A DNA stretch of 40,921 nt from Octopus sinensis (taxonomy: Eukaryota), in NCBI RefSeq assembly GCF_006345805.1, contig NW_021835332.1, forward strand, positions 1 to 40,921, given 5' to 3'. Position numbers and translations under genes: made by a program. This document shows, piece by piece, positions 22,230-34,402 of this stretch; within the stretch, counting starts at the first letter, position 1; each line of letters opens with the position of its first letter. The notes under the pieces are model-generated. The model saw only the letters and a program-made list of their open reading frames with translations, had not been told where the DNA came from and searched no databases.

Positions 22230-24745
22230 CAATGTCTATTGACGAAAACACATACCAGATCAGTTGTCACTTGAATCAACAAGGGCTGCATCCCTCAAGG
22301 AGGAATCAGCCTGGGGTTGAAAAGTTTGCATTTGAAACAAGCTCTTCTCCAAATATGGACTTGAATAAGATTAATCTCAACCCAGTCCTTTCAAGTTCAG
22401 ATGCACTAAGAAGACAAAGATCTAAATGTTACAAATGAACCTGAGAAACTTACAAGTAAGTGATATATACATTCTATTGCTCATTGGGCAAATAATCTGA
22501 ATCCAAATACATGGTAAATTCTTTTAAGGTATGGAGAGAAAGAAATCTAGACATTAGACCAAACATGGATGAAAACAAACTTACAAATATAAGAGACATT
22601 CTTAGAAACAAATGACTAACAGATGCAGAATTAAATGAAATCAAGAGGAAAGTTGGAAAGATTTGAAAATATAAACACGAAGGAAGGATGAAAATGAATA
22701 CATGACAGTAGAGAAACCTTAAAACTTTGTGACCAAGTTGTCACCAGAAGAAATTGCACAAAAAAAAAAAAAATGAAAATATCAGAAATACCACAGAGCA
22801 AGTTTAAGTTGAAAGATATATTAACAATATGGATGAAGATATTTTTAGTCATGAGCTTTAAGATTGGCTAGAACCCTAACCCTAACCCTAATCCAAGCCC
22901 TAACCCTAACAAGAAATTTCTCAATGAACTTGGAAAAGTAAAAAACATTAGTATGAATGAAAGAAAATCATTGCAAAAACTGACAAACAATCCCAGGACA
23001 CATAAGAATTAGAAATCAGGCTGTTAAAGCAATAATTGAAGAGATGGAGCCTGATGTATCAGAACTGAATGAAGTTATATATGCCACAGTAATGGTAATA
23101 TAAAGGAAATGTGTGTCAATGAAAAGGCAAAAAGGACACTGCACTAAAAAAAAACAAAAAAAAACTGGAAGATAAAAATTGAGTAAGAAATTGAAATGAT
23201 GAGAGTAGAATTATCAATCTTGGATTAAATATATGTTAGCAAATCTGTCAAGATAAGGACAGAAGGTGATTAAGAAATATTAAGTAACTTCACTTCAAAA
23301 CATGATACTCCATCAATCAAAGAGACCCTGAAACAATAAGTACTGCTGAAAGCTCAAAGAATGAGATTTGATAAATGAAACAAACTTCACAGGCAACAGT
23401 TGTTTATGTCAGATGCAAAAGATGTTTTTACATGGAAATTGGGTTATAGACAAAAGAAACTCCTTCAATTCATGAGATTGATGAATTTTGGAAAAAAGAT
23501 AGAAGTACAGAAAATACCCATAATGAGAATGTAGAATGAATAAAGAACATAGAAGAAATGGTCAATAATTTAGAGAGGCTGACTTGGCCATTTCTTCAGA
23601 AATGATCATACTATTGCCTGCTTCTCCACTTCATACAAAATGCTCACCTCAATTTTGACTGAGACGATGTATAAATTTATGAACAAAATTCATTTCCCTA
23701 CTGAGCAGAAAGGTTGCCACTGTGGGTCTTATAGCTGTGAAGACCAACTTTAATTAATTAAACTATCATAACAAGAAAAGAAGTTTGAGAACTGCTTGGA
23801 TTTATTATTAAAAAGTGCATTTGATTGTGTGCCCCATTCATGAATTTTGAAAACTTTGGGTGTTCTGAGGATTTTCCCAGTAATATCAAATTCCTGAAAT
23901 ACATGTCTGTATAGAATACACATCTAACTTTGTCATACACTACAACTGTTAATATAAATTCCAGCAGCATAAGCATTAACTTTTTCAAGATAATTCATTT
24001 TCTCTTTCTTTTATTTTGAATTGCATTCAAACCACTAACTGTAGATTTCAACAAAAAATGGCTACAAAAAGATAGCAAAAACTACAACCATCTGTATTTT
24101 GTGGATGATTTGAAATGCATGCCGAAAATGACAACATGTTGGTAAGACTGTTAAAGAGAGTTAAGGGTTCAGTGATGAAGCAGGGGTAGGTTAGAGTTTG
24201 GGCTGGAAAAATGTGTGAAAGGGCAGAATGACAAGCACATATCCAATGGATAAAGATGTGGGTGTAGTAATTATGGAACAAGATCAAACCTAAAAGTATT
24301 TGACGTCAAGGAAGGCTAAAGTATTCATTATGCTAGCATGAAAGAAACAATCAAAAGGAACGCTACAGGAGAGTATGTGCTGTCTTAAAAACAGAGCTCA
24401 ACTCAAAGAATGAAATGTGTATCTGCTATAAATACCCTTACAATCCCAGTTATCACCTATGATTGCAATATCATAAATGGACCAATAATGAAAATGGACT
24501 AAAAAATGACTAAAAAGTTTGACCTATAATAAATTAGATCCTCAAAAGCAGATGTGGATCACCTTTATTTCTCTGGATGAAGTAGTAGAGTTAGAGGAAT
24601 GATCGCGCTTGAGCTGCTGTGCAAAATATCAAGTGTTGGGCTCAAACAATACCTTAAAACTTCAGATTACTGGATGTTGAAAACAGTTTCAGAATATGGA
24701 AGAAGAAAAGTTTGCGATAAATCTTGAAAGAAAGTTGGAAGTTTG
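22230..24745 (+). mobile_element. R4/Dong-clade non-LTR retrotransposon remnant 1
   Basis: Fragments across frames: VWRERN..NK*LTDAELNEIKRK, KETLKQ..LKAQRM, EQKGC..GSYSCEDQLLIN, KSAFDCVPHS and FVDDLK, matching the R4-clade ORF order. Confidence 0.85.
22872..22910 (-). repeat. Interstitial telomere-like (TTAGGG)n tract, about 6 units
   Basis: aaccctaaccctaaccctaatccaagccctaaccctaac on the + strand. Confidence 0.85.
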
Positions 24746-24756
24746 TGAAGATTAGG

Positions 24757-25135
24757 CATCATCATCATCATCATCGTTTAGCGTCCGTTTTCCATGCTAG
24801 CATGGGTTGGACGGTTCAAATGGGGTCTGTGAAGCCGGAAGGCTTCATCAGGCCTAGTCAGATCTCGCAGTGTTTCTACGGCTGGATGCCCTTCCTAACG
24901 CCAACCATTCCGTGAGTGTAGTGGGTGCTTTTTACAGGTGCCAGACAGAGCTGGCAAAGAGCCACGAACGGATGGTGCTTTTTACGTGCCACCGGCACGG
25001 GGGCCAGGCGAGGCTGGCAATGGACACGAACGGATGGTGCTTTTTACGTGCTACCGGCACGAGGCCAGTCGGGGCGGCGCTGGCAACGGTCACGAACGGA
25101 TGGTTCTCTTACATGCAACCGGCACTGGTAACACA
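24757..25135 (-). mobile_element. RTE 3' UTR/tail copy (4 units)
   Basis: (CAT)n, CpG-rich tail, units anchored on cgaacggatggtgctttttacgtgc. Confidence 0.92.
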
Positions 25136-25542
25136 TCTGCAACATGTACACTGAAAATTATGGTCATTCTGAAATTGAGGGTAATGTTGGTGAAAAATGG
25201 TCAACAGAAACTGTGCCCCAAATGGGAACAAAAACCACTGCACTGGTGGTATGTTCTCCATAGCAAAAAATTTTATATAAAATCAAAATTTCACCCATGT
25301 TGCTGATTTCTGGACTAAAAACAGAGTGAGGACTTCATTGTGGTTGCACAAAATCAGTTTCTTTCAACATACAACTTTCAAGTGAATGAGATCAGAAATG
25401 TAACAGACCCAAAGTGTTGATTTTGCAATGAGTAAATCGAGATCATTGAACACTCTGTTTCAGGCTGCAAAGTATTGGTTCCCCAGAAGTATAAAACTGG
25501 GCATGATTGAGTAATTTTTACACACACACACATACATATATA

Positions 25543-26437
25543 TAAGGGGGTACCCGAAAGTAACTGGAAACATTCTCTGTGGGACAAGCCCACTGTAGTT
25601 CAGACTTCTGCCTCTAGAAGCCACTTGATGTAATCCTCAAGCACGTGTATGCTGGGCAGCGTCGTTGAGTGTAGTCCTACTGCCATGTGGTGTGTCTTTG
25701 TTTTTCAGTGCTTCTTCCCTGTGCATTAATCTTTGTGAAGGCTGAAACGAAGGACAGCATGCTTCCATGAAATTCTGTTTTCTACTGGGGAAATGGCTGC
25801 CAAAACAGTTGTTATGCTTCAAGTAACTTACAAAGACACTGCCATGAGCAAAACACAAGTTTCCACTTTTTAGGAATGGTCATTTGTCACTTGAAAACCA
25901 ACTTCATTCAGGTATCCATTGACCTCCTGAATGATTAAAACCATCATGAAAATTCATGAACCGATCTTGGAATACCATCACTGACAGTTGACAAACTTGT
26001 TGATATGATTGGTGTGTCTTGGAGCTCCTGCAACAAATTTTGAGCAAGGAATTGCGAATGAAAAGAGTTGCAGCAAAATTTGTGCCTCACTTACTCTCGG
26101 AAGATCAAAAACAGTCACAACTGAATCCATGTCATGAACTGAAAGAATATTTGGAAATTGATCCAGACCTTTTTTTTTTATTTTGAAGGTCATCACTGGT
26201 GATGAATCTGGTGCTATGGAATTTGCAGATGTAGAAGAGGTGAAGTGAAGAACAACAGAGGTTTAAAAGGCATCATTTTGCAAGAGTTCCAGCACTGCTT
26301 TGAACAGTGGAAAATGCATCTGGAATGATGCATTGCTTGAAATGGAGAAGAGTTTGAAAGTGATCAAAGTGTAAACATATAGAACTGTGTGAATAAAATA
26401 ATATTGCAAAATTCTGGCTTTTTTGGGTACCCTCACA
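25543..26437 (+). mobile_element. Internally deleted mariner element with both TIRs
   Basis: TIRs gggggtacccgaaagtaactggaa and ttctggcttttttgggtaccctc. Peptides MKFCFLLG, KRVAAKFVPHLLSEDQKQ and KVITGDES are present; most of the catalytic domain after the first D is missing. Confidence 0.9.
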
Positions 26438-26440
26438 TAT

Positions 26441-26600
26441 ATTATTTTCTACTCTAGGCACAAGGCCCAAAATGTTGAGGAAGTGGGGCAGTAATTAGAT
26501 CGATCCAAGTATGCAACTGGTGCCTAATTTATCGTCCCAGAAAGGCTAAAAAACAAAGTTAATCTCGGCGGAATTTGAACTCAGAACGTAAAGACAAACA
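26441..26600 (-). mobile_element. CORE-like SINE, 5'-truncated
   Basis: ttttctactctaggcacaaggccc...ctcggcggaatttgaactcagaacgtaaagac matches 38188-38350. Confidence 0.85.
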
Positions 26601-26625
26601 TATATATTACAACAGCCTTCTATTT

Positions 26626-26762
26626 TCATCTACCAAATTTACTCACAAGACATTGGACAGTCTGAATATTATAGCAGAAGACTAAGGGCTGCCCAGTAGG
26701 ACTAAAACCAAAATTATTTTGTTGTGAAATGAACTATTTAACTTCATAGCCATGCCTGCACC
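26626..26762 (-). mobile_element. Highly decayed tRNA-like SINE head, second family
   Basis: Weak A-box-like tggctatgaagttaa and B-box-like ggttttagtcct on the minus strand. Family assignment rests on recall only. Confidence 0.35.
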
Positions 26763-26829
26763 TATGCATACAAAGATCACTTAATAATCAGTTAAATCAT
26801 AACTGAAAACTCTAGGATGAGAAAAAAGT

Positions 26830-29280
26830 GTCAGGTCTTGGTATAGGTTGATTGGTATCCAGAAGGCTTTTATAGTGTTCTCAACTCATGGATTCTTGAA
26901 ACATTAGCCAATCACAAGTGAATACACCAATCATGTGAAATGAATGAGAAATAAATTTGGAGATTCAAACAGAAGAGGTAAACATAAAAATGAACTACAT
27001 TGCTGTCAGAAGAAGAATATTTATCGTAGACTCTCTGTCCTCATACCTTTTCTGCATGGTATTGTTCCTCTGGAATAAATGCTAAGCCAGACTGACTATG
27101 GGTATAAGTATTTCGATAACAACTTTCTGTTATATATTAACTCTTAACATTCTATACAACATGAAACAAATAGGACCAAACCATCTTCGTTTGCATTTGT
27201 TGTAAAGAAGGTTATGAACTCTCTAATCGAAGAAAATCATTTATGTTTTGCAATGTTTGTTATTAGCATCAACCCAATGTGTTGCTGAATTTTTGTGATT
27301 TTTTCCTAGACTCTGTTTTATAGAAACTTATTTTAAAAATGGTTATGGCAGATAAGTTTTGAAGGTGATAACTAGAGGAATATATCTCTTTCATGCACAC
27401 TCAATATCTGACTTTGATCTGTCTAAATTTTCATTGAGTAACTTGAACAAAATATTATCTGAAGAATGTTTAGACAGTGAGCCTTTTGTTTTGTTGAATA
27501 TCTTTCTCAATTTTTTCTTCTTGTGATTTCAACAGTACAACTAAGAAGCTATAAGGATCTATCACTTTCTTCTAATGCTTTGAAATTTGGGCAGACTTGG
27601 GTATATTTATCATTGGGCTAACAATAATGAACTTAAAAATCTGCTGGAAAATGCACGTATTTTGTTTGTGATATTTGTATGCCCATATTTATTACCAATA
27701 TCTTTCTTTTCATCATTTTTTAAATATTGTATCTGTTTTCAGTTAATATTATGATATTAATTAACAATCTCATTTGTATACATAAAATTCAACACAAATA
27801 AGACTAAGTCTTTTCTACAATACTGTCTATCTTGACAATAATCTAGCCATAATGAAAGACTTATAAACATTTGAATAAACAAACCCATTTGCAAATATGT
27901 TCTGCTCAGTTATTACAGCACTGAGATTTTAACTTTGAAAAGTTTCAATGCAATGTTAAAAGTTAATGTACTCAAGCTGTATTCTGCACATGAAAAGCAA
28001 GAAACCTTGCATGTGAGACATGGTGTACAGCTTTAATATGGAGATTAGTACAAAATACCTTTTAAAACAATGTACCAAAGCCACCTAAAAAGTGAGGGAA
28101 TATATAAAATATAGACATACCATATTATACCTAAATAAATGTTAAATTGAGACAGATTTATAATTAGCAGATAACTTGCTATGTACAAATGAAAGAAAAT
28201 GTTAGGGTAGAATATTACAAATTTATTAGATTAATTCTTAAAAAAGTTCATGCACATCAATACTTTTGCTGTATTGGTAATTAGTTATAGCTTAATATTC
28301 TCAACTGGATGCTAAATGACTTGGTTAGACCAGACTGGAAATAATGATTTGTATTTAGAATATGCCACTCAAAATCTGACATACGAATATTATATTCACC
28401 ATGAATACAGGGATGTAGGGTATTATGCATGTAGAAAACTATTATAAGATATCAAATGTGGGACTACAAAAGTATTTAAAAATAAAGGAGACTAATACAA
28501 AGGGTGACAAAAGATGAACAAGAATAAAAGCAAAACTGCTTTTTGTTTCTTATCAGATCATTAACTACAAAATTGAGGTTGAAATAACCTTCAGCTGTGA
28601 GGATGATAGAAAAATAACAAGAGATATTGTGGAAACAAAAAGTTCAAAATGGAGGTAGAGAACTAGCATGATAAAATGATGCAAAGGAAAGACACTACAT
28701 GGCCAATAGATGAAAAGGCTGAAAAGAAGAAAGAGGACAATAAATAATAGGGAAAACTCAGGACTGGCTGAGAAGCTTAGGACTTACAGCTGAGACTAAA
28801 TTGTTTTTGATTTGTGGCACAAGAACAAAGCAACACACCAAAAACTGCAAAAACTTGTAACGAAGTTGGAAATGTAAAATATGTGGAGGTTGTAAAGAAA
28901 TAATTAGTTCAGTCTATGACAAAAGGGAATATATGCATACCTGACAGAGTGGAGGTTTCATACATTTGACATTATGCCATTATTGTGAAATCATTGAAGG
29001 AAAGACGTGGTGCAAATCTACACTACAAAAGGATTCTACAGAAGGTGAAAGTGACTGTACATATAGATTTACACAAGCAGTGATATTAAGTTAAATAACC
29101 CCAAGAAAGAAGAAAAAACAAAAAGCAAAAAGGCATCTAACAGAAAGAAATAAGGTCACTTTCCAAGTATGAAGACATACAAGAAGAGATGTCTATAAGT
29201 ATAATGTGATTGAAAACAAACAATCCCCCATAATATCAGCAACCTTGAGATAATACAAAGAATAGATGCATGATGAATAC
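26830..29280 (+). mobile_element. R4/Dong-clade remnant 2, very degenerate, RT piece through the restriction-like endonuclease region
   Basis: QKAFYSV..SWILETLA (~26860), NTFAVLVISYS (~28260), WLRSLGLTAET (~28765), KCKICGGCKE (~28870) and LSKYEDIQEE (~29160). The 27110-28000 interval is unresolved. Confidence 0.7.
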
Positions 29281-29297
29281 ATAACCAAAACACCAGA

Positions 29298-29330
<33 letters not shown>

Positions 29331-29580
29331 ACATGCTCATGCTATATACAGAAATCTCACTACTATGTACCGCATACATATTATATGGAACACTTAATGC
29401 AATGTAAGACAAATTAAACAAATCATTGCATGTACTTTAAGGCAACCAGGACTGTGGTTGATTGTGCCTTGAAAGCAAATTAAAAAAGACTACTGAAATA
29501 TTAATAATGATTAACAAGTAAATACACACATTATTAAACAAATAATGAAACTTAAATATTTCATTTTCTTTTACTTGTAG

Positions 29581-29700
29581 AATTCAAAAGGAATTGAAGA
29601 CTACATGAAAATTGAAGATAAATATAATGGTTCCATCACAGTAGTAAAAGCACTGGACTATGAAACAAGAAACTTTTTTGAATATACAGTACAAGTATTT
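29581..29700 (+). CDS. Cadherin exon G (120 nt, phase 0-0): NSKGIEDYMKIEDKYNGSITVVKALDYETRNFFEYTVQVF
   Basis: Acceptor tcattttcttttacttgtag, donor gtaagt. Contains G.I.V...LDYE. Confidence 0.95.
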
Positions 29701-29854
29701 GTAAGTATTTAAACTTAAATTATCTTTTCGTGGGTTTCCATTCTTATTGAAATGAAATGGTAACAGTATAATATATATACACATTCATACACACATGTCA
29801 CATCTGTAGTAAGTTCTTAAGTTTTCTATATTTATTTTATGGTTTTAGACCATA

Positions 29855-30020
29855 AATTTTGTAGACCAGCCCACTCAACGGAATATTGATTTAAGAAGGG
29901 CATCCAACCATAAAAACCATGCCAAAACAGCACACAGAAGCATAGCACAGGCTCCAGATTCACCAGCTCCAGTCAAACCGTCCCACCCATGCCAGCATGG
30001 TAAGAGGACAATGAACAATG
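29855..30020 (+). mobile_element. Old RTE tail fragment
   Basis: aagaagggcatccaacc...cccacccatgccagcatgg. Confidence 0.75.
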
Positions 30021-30259
30021 TCTGTCTGGTCAAACAAATCAGTTCCTTTCTCTTTATTCTTTCTGCTTGCACCAAAAGTATATGAATTTCAATGAGAAGC
30101 TCAACTCTCACATATTTTCAAAGAAAATAATTTTGCAGTTTCTTTAACAACAAATAGTTTGGACATGCTTTGCTAATGGCAGCAAAGATATCAAGAAAAA
30201 GGGAAATATGAACTCACTTCCATACATTCACACAAACACATACTTATACAAACATACAT

Positions 30260-30540
30260 ACATCATCATCATCATTGTTGTCACCGTTGTCATCATCATC
30301 ATCATTGTTGTCACTGTTGTCATCATCATCATCATCATCATTTAATGTTCATTTTATTTGCTGGTATAGGCTGGACAGTTTGGCAGTAAGTTCCAATGTC
30401 AACTTTGGCATAATTTCTATGGCTGGATACCCTTCCTAGTGTCAGTCACTTTACAGTGTGTATTGAGTACTTTTTTATGGCACAACCAATGGTGAAGTTG
30501 CCAAGTAACTTGCAAGACAAAAAAGAAACAAAGAAAATGT
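30260..30540 (-). mobile_element. Old RTE tail fragment with an expanded (CAT)n-derived tract
   Basis: catcatcat...atttaatgttc...ggctggatacccttcctagtgtc. Confidence 0.75.
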
Positions 30541-30544
30541 CTCC

Positions 30545-31545
30545 TCGACTGAGTGGACATGTATTTGAGAAATGAGGTGACTTTATGGCTGGTATTGGAG
30601 GCAGAAGTATGATAGAGTGACAAGCAGAGGTATTTTGCTATAGAGGAGATACATGGTTACCCTATTTCACATGAGGGTGAGTGATAGTAGCTGGGAGATA
30701 AGGATGGTGGGGATGAGTGCCAGAGTATACTCTCAAAATATAAGAAGGTAAATATGAAGGAGAAAATAGGTAGTAGATCAGGTGGGAAGAGGACCAGAAG
30801 GGTAATTTCATAAGAGTATGAGAGAATATTGACAGGTAGAGATGGGGCTGGAATTAGCTGTAGTGAGTGATGAACAAGGGTGGAGGTGTAGCTGATAGTA
30901 AATATCAGTATTGAAGTGGGAGAGTGAGAGAAATAGAAGTGGCTCAGAAAGGAAGAGTGATAAGCAGCAGCATAGGAGGTATGGAGAGTAGCAGTATCAT
31001 AAATAGGTGGACAAATCAGAAGTAATAAGATGCTGTGCAAATTTTGAAATTGGATGGGGATGGAAGGCAAGTGACAGTCGTAGAGATGGAGGTTAGAGGC
31101 TAAAGTGAGTGGGAAGACAGAAGTGATTAGGGAGTTGGGGCTGTCATCAATAGCAGATATGAGAAAAAGATACCTGATATCACACTTGTAAAAGATGAGG
31201 GAAATCAGAGGTGGGGAAGAAAAATTGATGGTGACTGAAAAAGGGTTGATTAGTGGAAATTGTACATTGACTGGGATGATAATGAAAATAAGGACTGGAG
31301 TTTAAAAAGAAGTGGTTCCAGAGGAAGAAGGAGTAACTAATAGAGTAAAAGGAGGATGAAATATGTGCTGATTCTGCTCTCAAATGATTATAGCGCTGAG
31401 TAGTGCTATAGAAGAGTGATGGGAGAATGGATGCAAGAAAGATGAGATGTAAGGGAATGCTTGATGTGGGTAGATTGGTTTCAGGGCCTAACATATACAG
31501 GCATAATGCTTTTAGCATTTCATTTTCACCATGATTCACAGTTCT
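30545..31545. repeat. Unclassified purine-rich (G/A on +) interspersed repeat
   Basis: Strong strand asymmetry. 31190-31430 shares blocks with 33340-33445 (aaagatgagggaaatc; gattagtggaaa; gagtagtgc..agaagagtgatggga). Confidence 0.6.
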
Positions 31546-31549
31546 TGAA

Positions 31550-32300
31550 TACAATGAACTGTTGTTCATCTTGGTCCTTTCTCATCTATTCTGTGAGGCT
31601 CAGTATCCTGAGATCAGCCTTTGCTACCTTATCTCACATCTTCCTGAGTTTCCTTCTTTTACTATTTCCATCCATTTTAAGCAATTGGCATTTCTTTATA
31701 CAGCTGTCTTCATCTATATCCATCACATGACCAAACTATCACAGTCTTGTTTCTTATATGCTACTTCTGATTCTTCTTATATCTTATTTTTCTCTTAACA
31801 CATTTACTCTTTATAGTACATGCACATTGATGTAGATCCAAGGGAGCATATCCCCTCCATTCTTCTCCAGTCTTCACATGTCCTCTGTGTTCAGTGCCCA
31901 CATCTCATACCAAATAGCATTGCATTTCATGCCCAAGCATCATACAATCGGACTTTCACTCTGGGAGTTAATAGTCCTCTGAACATTCACTGTCCTATTC
32001 TTATTCTAATAATTAAACATTCAAAATATCTTGCTTCACTGCTAGTTAAGCCACCTAGATAGCAGAAATTATCTATGTCTCTAGAGAACCTCCTTGGCAT
32101 TTGAGAAAATCTGTTTCCTGTATGCCTCAAGTGTTTATTCCCCCTGTGCATCTTCCATTTACAAAGATTACTTTTTCTAGGAATTACTGCTGAAATTCTT
32201 AAAAACTGCTCAGGATGCAAGTGTACTAACCCCTGTGGTTAATTAGATTTTACAGGAAGGTGTCATAGTCAATTGTTACAAAGGTAAAATAGATGCTTTT
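31550..32300 (-). mobile_element. Very old RTE ORF fragment
   Basis: Decayed matches to copy A blocks: catcacatgacca, caagcatcatacaatc, cctattcttattct. Confidence 0.7.
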
Positions 32301-32354
32301 GTATGTGTGTGTGTGTGTGGGGGGGCTTGTTAGATTTGTAAGTAGGTATGTATG

Positions 32355-33305
32355 TTCATAGGGGGGTAATTCAATAAATAACTCTAATCTAACAAAAGCC
32401 AAATGTATTTTAATAAAAATTCCTGCAGAAGTTCTCTCTCAATAAGCATGCCTTCAACTTTGATGACTGTTTCAATGCGAGTCACAGATTTTTGACATAT
32501 CTACACTAAACAGGCCTTTTTTTGGACATCACCTGGACAATGGCAGTGTTCAGTGAAGCTGTGATATCTTGAGTAAATTGATTAGTCTCCCTTGCAACAA
32601 TAACCCAAATGTAATCAATGGATTTAAATCTAGTGATTGTGTATGTCACAAGATAGGTGCCATATGACTAAAGATTGTCTAGATTGTCTGGCATTGATTC
32701 TTGGATTTTGTTAGATGGAACTGAGTCTTGTTGAAATATGCATGGCCTTTCACTGGACACTTCACCTATCCAAAGCTTAACAAATGTCTTCCACACTTCG
32801 ATGTATCCAACAGCTTTAATTCTAATATCTTGTTAAAAGATGTGAAGTTGTGTGACATGACCTTCATTACTCACCACTCCTAAAACCGTCACAGTTGCTG
32901 GAAACTTATTGTTCATTACTCAATGAATAACAGAAGGATCTGCACATACTGAAGTTTTTCTCATTAAAGAAGAACAAAACATGCTATGTTTGTGAGGGTT
33001 CTAGCCTCGTTAAGTAACCACTTGGCATAGATCAAATGGTTTTCCTGTTTTCGCTGACATAAATCAGCTTCTCCTCAGTACATATGACTTGTATTAAATG
33101 TCTTTGTGGACCACGATTTTGATAATCCATTCCAACACCTATGGTTCTTTGGTGGTGAGCCTCAATGTTTTCAGAATCATCAATGTTTTGCGCCTGTTGG
33201 ATGAATTATGGTATCCTTATTATGTCTGAACATTTAGAATTTTTTTTTCCTCTTTGATACAATTGAAACATTCTGCCAGAGTCTTTCAATTCCATCTGAA
33301 CTTTG
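32355..33305 (-). mobile_element. Tc1/mariner superfamily (maT/DD37D-like) transposase remnant, copy 2
   Basis: Minus strand gives QQDSVP and SLDLNPL(D)YIW..VARETN; a terminal D rather than the Tc1 E suggests maT. Nucleotide blocks are shared with copy 1 (acagaaggatctgcac; taagtaaccacttggca). Confidence 0.85.
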
Positions 33306-33559
33306 TATAATAAAAAGATTGTAAAATATATCTAAGAGTTGTTAAAGATGAGGGAAATCGAAAGGGTAGGAGGAAAGAGGGCTGATCAGTGGAAAGTACA
33401 TATTGATAGGGATGAGTAGTGCCATAGTTAGAAGAGTGATGGGAGGATCTTGCAACATTTGGACAGTTGGCAATTTCTAAATCACTTTGTTCTACACAAT
33501 GAATGCATATCTTTTCATTTCTCATGTTAACATGTTATTTACTATGATGGATCTAGAAA

Positions 33560-34100
33560 AAACAACCTTTTTAACTGCTTTGAAGAAAATAATATACCGA
33601 TAAGTAAATTTTCTGAAATACCCATCATGCTCTGTATATGCTGCTCTCAATTATTGTAAGCACATTGAATGAAATTAACCTCATAACTTGAAGCAATCTA
33701 ATGCTACTACACCATGATATTTGCCTCAATGCATCAGAGGAATTACTGACTTCCTTGAAGTGAAGATTAGAAAGATATACATCTTGAAGAACTTCAAAGG
33801 GCTTGAAACAACCTTTGTCATTGAAAACTACAAAAGTCCTTGTAAAGGACACTAGTGCACAATGCCAAAAGTTCAACCTTTGCTATGTAAAGTTTGAACC
33901 AAATAGTGCATTGTTTAGGTTTCAAAGGTCCATTGCACTTCACATTTTGCCAAAAGCTTGGGATATCTTTTTGGTGTGGATATAAATGTTTTTAAAAGAC
34001 AACTGGATGTCTTGTTATCTGATATTCCTGATGAACCTACTTCATAGTAAATAATGCAAATGAGAGTTGCAGCTTCAAAGAATGAAGGTTAATTAAATTG
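33560..34100 (+). mobile_element. CR1/L2-type LINE 3' fragment
   Basis: Decayed ORF2 end GVDINVFKRQLDVLLSDIPDEPT, preceded by KIYILKNFKGL..F.IENYKSP. Confidence 0.65.
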
Positions 34101-34402
34101 TAGCAACATCAATGTCAGTATCCCAGTATGTACACAGATTGCAGCCAAAATGTGTCCAAGAGTAGAAGAGTAACAGAGGAAATGTGTAAATATATATGTG
34201 TGTGTATGTGTGTGTGTGTGTGTGTGTCATTGTTCAGTTTTATTTCAAGATTTCTTGCCAATAGAGAAAAAGCCAGTTTCTAACCTAGATCCAACATCAA
34301 CAACAGGGTAATTTTGTTTGTATGTATGTGTATGTGCAGATTTGTAATTCTGCCTTATGCATGTATTCTCATGCACATAGTTGCATATCTAGACATGCTC
34401 TT

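Larger units (their letters stand above)
547..29700 (+). other. Multi-exon cadherin-repeat (cadherin-related, non-classical-looking) gene, partial at both ends; 7 exons found
   Basis: Seven AG..GT-bounded segments join in frame (569 nt, intron phases 1,0,0,0,0,0) and give the ordered cadherin motifs xEN, DRE, DENDNxPxF, IPEN, ATDxD, YSL and LDYE. Subfamily cannot be named from this fragment. Confidence 0.92.

Noticed and set aside
29695-29706. Alternative donor GTATTT 6 nt upstream of GTAAGT
   Set aside because: Much weaker than the consensus donor, and it would shorten the strand by VF.
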